Positions 59,167-64,000 of a DNA stretch of 64,000 nt are shown piece after piece. The translations under genes and the position numbers were made by a program. The notes below the pieces were generated by a model. It was not told the origin of the DNA. It made no database searches and saw nothing but the letters and a program-made list of their open reading frames with translations. The stretch covers positions 77,278 to 141,277 of the forward strand of contig JASFYR010000008.1 of the NCBI GenBank assembly GCA_045047115.1, written 5' to 3'. The first letter of the stretch is position 1; every line of letters begins with the position of its first letter. This stretch comes from Sulfurospirillum sp. (GTDB lineage: Bacteria; Campylobacterota; Campylobacteria; Campylobacterales; Sulfurospirillaceae).

Positions 59167-60357
59167 TTAATAAAGGAACCCAAACAACCAAAGAGGAATC
59201 TTGCTGCCAAAACCTACTTCGATATCATCTGCTACAACAAAGCTATTTTCAATATCTTTTATCTGCTTAAAGCCCTTATTCTTACCTCCTATTTCGAATA
59301 AATAGGTATCATCTATAAGAAAATCCCCATCTTTTGGAATTTTAACATTATGCACAACACTTAAAAGTACAGCAAACACTGTCTCTCTAATAGTTCCAAT
59401 ATTTGCATCTTGACAATAGCTGAAATTTAAATTAGGATTATTTAAAAATATCTTATCAGGCTTAGAAAAAATATTATCACCCTTTGTTTTCGCCCTTATA
59501 ACATTAAAAATTTTACCCTTATGCAAATAATCTAGGTAAAGATATAAAGTATCTCTGTCTATACCAACTTTGGAACTTAACTCTTTTATATTTAGCTTAA
59601 ACGGGTTGGAATTACAAATAAGCGTAACCAACTTTTTTAAATTTATAATATACTCATATTTTATTTGAAAAATCGAAGGTATATCCACCTCTATAACCGT
59701 ATTCACAGTTTCATTTAACTTCAACTTATATCTATCTGGATTTTCAAAATAAAAGGGGTAATATCCAAAATCAAGGTATTCGCTCCAATACTCATAAGGC
59801 TTAATTTTTTGCGTTATCTCAAATGCAATGTCAGTATGTTTTTCTAAAATCTCTTTTAATGAGTAGCTTTTAAAAGATACACCTGTTTTAAATTCTAAAA
59901 ACTCCCTAAAGCTAAGCCCACTCACTCTATAAATTACTGCTCTTCTGCTAAGGTCTGCTTTAGAATGCTCTAACTCTATTGCTGACGAACCAGAAAAGAT
60001 AACCTTTAAATCCAGCATATCGTGTATCTGTTTTAGCTCTATTTCAAAATTTTTATACTTATGTATCTCATCAATAGCTAAAACTTCTCCACCAATTTTA
60101 TAAAACTCTTTTGCGATATCCAACAAAGAGATATTGGCAAGCTCCACACTATCAGCACTAATGTATAATTTTTTGTTAAGAGCAATATCTAAACTTTTAA
60201 GATAATTCAGGATATAAGTAGTCTTACCAACACCTCTTGCACCAATAATACCAATAAGTTTATCTTTATGCTCTATAGTTTCATAAAAATATCTTTTATG
60301 AATACTTTTTAACGAGTTCAAATAAAGCACAGAATTTTCTAATAATCTTTCAATCAT
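59167..60357 (-). CDS. AAA_14/DUF4143-type ATPase
   Basis: GARGVGKT Walker A, IDEIHKY Walker B, SGSS, DLSRR, GYYPF, C-terminal GDF...FEIGGKNK. Confidence 0.87.
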   Translation of the reverse strand: MIERLLENSVLYLNSLKSIHKRYFYETIEHKDKLIGIIGARGVGKTTYILNYLKSLDIALNKKLYISADSVELANISLLDIAKEFYKIGGEVLAIDEIHKYKNFEIELKQIHDMLDLKVIFSGSSAIELEHSKADLSRRAVIYRVSGLSFREFLEFKTGVSFKSYSLKEILEKHTDIAFEITQKIKPYEYWSEYLDFGYYPFYFENPDRYKLKLNETVNTVIEVDIPSIFQIKYEYIINLKKLVTLICNSNPFKLNIKELSSKVGIDRDTLYLYLDYLHKGKIFNVIRAKTKGDNIFSKPDKIFLNNPNLNFSYCQDANIGTIRETVFAVLLSVVHNVKIPKDGDFLIDDTYLFEIGGKNKGFKQIKDIENSFVVADDIEVGFGSKIPLWLFGFLY

Positions 60358-60462
60358 AGCATAACCTAAATTTTTGTATATTATAACACAATTAGGATTA
60401 CACTCCAACTTTTTTTAGATTTTTTTGGATTATAGTAGAAATAAAGAATAGTAAATATAAAT

Positions 60463-60535
60463 CTCTGACCCTGCTATCTTTTAGATTGTTTTAACTCTAT
60501 CATTAACAACAAGTTTATTCCCAATACCTGACCCC
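60463..60535 (-). repeat. GGGTCAG-motif copies 7 and 8
   Basis: CTCTGACCCTGCTA at 60463-60476; AAGTTTATTCCCAATACCTGACCCC at 60511-60535, just after the manC stop. Confidence 0.85.
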
Positions 60536-60544
60536 CTTTTCCTT

Positions 60545-61969
60545 TTAAATTCTCTTAAAATCATCTTCTATTCTTACAATATCATCTTCACCGGTATACT
60601 CGCCGACTTGAACTTCTATTAGAATTACTGGTATTTTACCTTCATTTTCTAAGCGATGGACTTCTCCCATTTTTATGTAGGTTGATTCATTAGGTCTTAT
60701 TAGTCTAGTTGTATCTCCTACTGTTACTGTTGCAGTGCCACTGACGACTATCCAGTGCTCATTTCTGTGAAAGTGTTTTTGCAAGCTGAGTCTTTTCCCC
60801 GGTTGTACAACTATTCGTTTTATCTTATATCCTGGTGTATCTTCAAGGATTGTATATGTTCCCCATGGTCTGTATCCTGTTAAGTGGATGTTGTGCAGGT
60901 CAGAGACTTTTTTTATCTCTTTTACGACCTCTTTTACTTTTTGAGAACTGCCTTTTTTACTCACAAGCAAAGCATCGCCAGTATCTACTATGATCAGATC
61001 ATCTACATCTATAGTTGCTATATACTTATCTATTCCATGTACTAGATTGTTTTTACTATCTATAGCTATGTGTTTAGCATTTAAAGTATTGTTATTTTCA
61101 TCTTTTGGCAACTCTTCATAAAGAGCATCAAAACTTCCAACATCAGACCAGTCAATGTTTGATGGTACAACTTTAACTATGTTTGATTGTTCCATAACAG
61201 CATAGTCGATAGACTCATCTGGAATCGCTTCCATATGAGAATGTTGAATTCTTAATGTTAAATTATCAATTTTTTTATTTTCAAATGCTTTCTTACTTGC
61301 ATCATAAATTTCAGGAGAGTACTTTTTAAGCTCATCTAAAAACACTTCTGCTTTAAAACAGAACATCCCGCTATTCCAATAGTATTTTAATGGTAAATTT
61401 TGAATGTTTAATTTTGAATTTTCTTCTAAATATTGTTCTGCTATTTCTAAGTCTGGTTTTTCTTTAAATAATTCAACATTCAAAATTGAACATTTATCAT
61501 TATATTCAGGCTTTGCCTGAATATACCCAAATCCAGTTTCGGCAAAGTTTGGTTTTATACCAAATGTTACAAGATTATCCAACTCTGCCAGATCTTTTGC
61601 TCTTTTTAAAACTTTTGCATACTCTGTCTCATTTTTGATTAGATGGTCAGATGGAGTAACCAGAACTATCTCTTCACTCTCGAGTGCCATACATGCAAGA
61701 GCGATTGCCGGGGCGGTATTTCTACCTACAGGCTCTAGCAAATATCTATTGTTTTTCTGTTTTAGTTCTTCAAGCTGATCAAGTGCCAAAAAGTATTGTT
61801 CACTATTTGAAACTATAAAGTTTTTATCACACACTTTAGAGTTTCGCTCTACTGTTAGTTGAAAAAGTGACTTGTCATCAAAGAGTTTTACAAACTGTTT
61901 AGGCATCAAAGTTCTACTTATCGGCCAGAGTCTTGTACCGTTTCCACCGCATAGTATTATATTGGTCAT
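60545..61969 (-). CDS. manC: Mannose-1-phosphate guanylyltransferase/mannose-6-phosphate isomerase
   Basis: ILCGGNGTRLWP, EPVGRNTAPA, WNSGMF, SIDYAVME, WSDVGS, RPWG, LSLQKH, GEDDIVR. Confidence 0.96.
   Translation of the reverse strand: MTNIILCGGNGTRLWPISRTLMPKQFVKLFDDKSLFQLTVERNSKVCDKNFIVSNSEQYFLALDQLEELKQKNNRYLLEPVGRNTAPAIALACMALESEEIVLVTPSDHLIKNETEYAKVLKRAKDLAELDNLVTFGIKPNFAETGFGYIQAKPEYNDKCSILNVELFKEKPDLEIAEQYLEENSKLNIQNLPLKYYWNSGMFCFKAEVFLDELKKYSPEIYDASKKAFENKKIDNLTLRIQHSHMEAIPDESIDYAVMEQSNIVKVVPSNIDWSDVGSFDALYEELPKDENNNTLNAKHIAIDSKNNLVHGIDKYIATIDVDDLIIVDTGDALLVSKKGSSQKVKEVVKEIKKVSDLHNIHLTGYRPWGTYTILEDTPGYKIKRIVVQPGKRLSLQKHFHRNEHWIVVSGTATVTVGDTTRLIRPNESTYIKMGEVHRLENEGKIPVILIEVQVGEYTGEDDIVRIEDDFKRI
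61240..61501. repeat. Three heptamer arrays embedded in manC
   Basis: 61240-61274 and 61389-61423 (AATNNNN on +), 61467-61501 (NNNNATT on +); 5 units each. Confidence 0.75.
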
Positions 61970-61982
61970 TTTTTCCCTCTGT

Positions 61983-62255
61983 TTAATTTTTAAATAACTC
62001 AGAATGACTTCCAACTCTAGTCAATGCAAGTTTCAAAATATTATTATTAATCTTATATATTAATAGTAAATCAGGTTTGATATGGCATTCTCTACAACCT
62101 AAAAAGTCACCACTTAATTTATGGTCTTTATATTTTTCATCAAGTTTAATCTTATTTGCAAGCTTCACAATTACTATTTTTAATAATTCTTTATTTTCTG
62201 ATGATAGCTTTTTGTAATCTTTCTTAAAACGGTTAGTTCTAAAAACAGAATACAC
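61983..62255 (-). CDS. yafQ: YafQ-family toxin
   Basis: FKKDYK, KDHKLSG, RECHIKPDLLLIY, RVGSHSELF. Confidence 0.92.
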   Translation of the reverse strand: MYSVFRTNRFKKDYKKLSSENKELLKIVIVKLANKIKLDEKYKDHKLSGDFLGCRECHIKPDLLLIYKINNNILKLALTRVGSHSELFKN

Positions 62256-62257
62256 TA

Positions 62258-62509
62258 TTATTTATCCAATTCTTCAAATAATTCATCTACATTTTGAAAG
62301 CTTTTACCTTTTTTTGATTCTAATTCTTCCAAAGCCTTTTGAGTATCTTTTGTAGGTATTTTTACTTCAAATGGCAATCCTTTATTTAATACAATCATAC
62401 TGTTAAATACACCTATAGCCTGAGAATATGTTAATCCAATCTTACTTAATATATCTTTTGCCTGAAAATAATTACTTTCTTCTATTCTTATTGTAGTCTG
62501 TGTTTTCAA
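62258..62509 (-). CDS. RelB/DinJ-family antitoxin
   Basis: TTIRI, GLTYSQAI, GLPFEVKIP, DELFEEL. Confidence 0.88.
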   Translation of the reverse strand: MKTQTTIRIEESNYFQAKDILSKIGLTYSQAIGVFNSMIVLNKGLPFEVKIPTKDTQKALEELESKKGKSFQNVDELFEELDK

Positions 62510-62577
62510 AATAATTTCTCCTAATAAATCTTTTATGCAATATTATATCCCAAATTGAATATAATATCAATAATTCT

Positions 62578-62612
62578 ACTCATTAAAAATTCAACATTCA
62601 CAATTTAACATT
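62578..62612 (-). repeat. Heptamer array overlapping the fcl stop codon
   Basis: + strand ACTCATT AAAAATT CAACATT CACAATT TAACATT. Confidence 0.75.
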
Positions 62613-63605
62613 AGAAAGATACCACTCATACATCATTTTTATCCCCTCTTCAAGTTCAACCTTATGTCTCCATCCAAGAGCATGTAGTTTACTTGGGTCT
62701 GTAAGTTTTACCATAGTGCCATCTGGTTTAGTGTCATTAAAGTAGAGTTCACCCTCATATCCAACTATCTTTTTGATAGTCTCTGCTAACTCTCGTATGC
62801 TTATGTCTACTCCAGTGCCTATATTTATATGGGTGTTTCTTATCTCTTTAGTTTTCACACTATTTGGAGTACAGCTATCATTACTTCCATCTGTACTTTC
62901 ATATGTATCTTTAAAATCACGATTCTCTAGTAAAAATACACAGGCATCAGCCATATCTTCTGAGTAGAGAAACTCACGTCTAGGTTTACCACTTCCCCAT
63001 ATCTCTACTTTAGGCTCATGATTTAATTTTGCTTCATGCATCTTTCTAAGAAGTGCTGGAAGTACGTGAGAAGTCTCTAGGTCAAAGTTATCATTTGGAC
63101 CATAAAGATTTGTAGGCATTACCGATATAAAGTTTGTGCCATATTGTAAATTGTAAGACTCGCACATCTTTATACCTGCAATTTTAGCTATAGCATAAGG
63201 TTCGTTTGTGTATTCTAGCTCACTTGTAAGCAGACTATCTTCACGCATTGGTTGTGGAGCATTTTTTGGATATATACATGTACTTCCTAAAAATAGTAAC
63301 TTTATAACTCCATTTAGATATGACTGATGGATTACATTGTTTTGGATTTGAAGGTTCTCATATATAAAGTCTGCTCTGTAAGTGTTGTTAGCTACTATGC
63401 CACCAACTTTTGCGGCTGCAAGTATGACATACTCTGGTTTTTCCTCTTTAAAGAAGTTTGCTACTGCTTCTTGATTCATAAGGTCTAACTCTTTATGAGT
63501 ACGATAAACTAAATTTGTATAACCTTTTGATTTAAGATTTTTCACTATTGCAGAACCTACTAAGCCTCTGTGCCCTGCTATGTATATTTTACTACTTTTG
63601 TTCAT
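62598..63605 (-). CDS. fcl: GDP-L-fucose synthase
   Basis: [61 protein letters not shown]. Confidence 0.96.
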   Translation of the reverse strand: MNKSSKIYIAGHRGLVGSAIVKNLKSKGYTNLVYRTHKELDLMNQEAVANFFKEEKPEYVILAAAKVGGIVANNTYRADFIYENLQIQNNVIHQSYLNGVIKLLFLGSTCIYPKNAPQPMREDSLLTSELEYTNEPYAIAKIAGIKMCESYNLQYGTNFISVMPTNLYGPNDNFDLETSHVLPALLRKMHEAKLNHEPKVEIWGSGKPRREFLYSEDMADACVFLLENRDFKDTYESTDGSNDSCTPNSVKTKEIRNTHINIGTGVDISIRELAETIKKIVGYEGELYFNDTKPDGTMVKLTDPSKLHALGWRHKVELEEGIKMMYEWYLSNVKL

Positions 63606-63918
63606 CTATCTTCTCTTTATTGAATTTATTAGAATAATCAACTGAAGTGTGATATATTCTTATTATAAATATTTCATTTAATACTTTATTTACTTTGTAG
63701 ATAACAATATGACTTTCATATACCAGTACTCTACAATCTCTTTTAATGAGTTTATTTTTACATTCTGTACCCATAAATGGATTCAATTTAAGAAGTTCAA
63801 TTTTATCTTCATAGTTTGCTAAATAATTTAAAGCATTTGTTTGACTCTCTTTTGCTATATGCGATATAGCATCTTCCAAATCTATTTGTGCTTGTTTAGA
63901 GTATTTTATATTATACAT
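63592..63918 (-). CDS. RelE/ParE-family toxin
   Basis: [28 protein letters not shown]. Confidence 0.85.
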   Translation of the reverse strand: MYNIKYSKQAQIDLEDAISHIAKESQTNALNYLANYEDKIELLKLNPFMGTECKNKLIKRDCRVLVYESHIVIYKVNKVLNEIFIIRIYHTSVDYSNKFNKEKIDEQK

Positions 63919-64000
63919 ATTTTCTTTTTATATCACTTATAATCTCATCATGTGATTTTTCACTTACTCCAGAGTGTAATCCTTTGTCAATTTCAGACTC
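63911..64000 (-). CDS. Antitoxin 3' end (ParD-like; start outside window)
   Basis: [29 protein letters not shown], overlapping the toxin start. Confidence 0.65.
   Translation of the reverse strand, partial: ESEIDKGLHSGVSEKSHDEIISDIKRKYV

Noticed and set aside
54773..60535. Integron/attC array or CRISPR array
   Set aside because: No intI or cas genes, no RYYYAAC...GTTRRRY palindromic attC sites seen, and repeat spacing is irregular (20 bp to over 1.6 kb) with whole genes in between

Overview
AT-rich chromosomal window from a Campylobacterota (epsilonproteobacterial) bacterium. The lineage is inferred from the acpS-fliL-radA-ftsY-tlpA / ygfA-rny gene order and from TGnTATAAT promoters. Bases 1-54.8 kb are mostly housekeeping and metabolic genes (purU, trmL, glyS, glnB-amtB, metH, eno, argD, radA, ftsY, rny, thiBPQ, rmuC, glsA). 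They also hold a complete 13-gene Mrp-Mbx/MBS (membrane-bound sulfane reductase-type) respiratory operon at 23.95-33.23 kb and a candidate ~160-nt structured RNA at 19.76-19.92 kb. Bases 54.8-64 kb are the distal end of a surface-polysaccharide locus (fcl, manC) packed with 7 type II toxin-antitoxin pairs (one with a pseudogenised toxin, one cut by the window edge), a truncated AbiEi and an AAA/DUF4143 ATPase. These modules share a recurring layout on the minus strand: [3' tip of a sugar gene, often with AATNNNN heptamer repeats] - [own extended -10 promoter] - [antitoxin-toxin] - [TAGCRGGGTCAG motif, 8 co-oriented copies]. Microhomology-joined galE/manC fragments and an HTH remnant lie between modules. 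I propose this as a candidate integron-independent gene-cassette system. No tRNA, rRNA, CRISPR array or intact transposase/integrase was recognised. All family assignments are by eye, without database searches.
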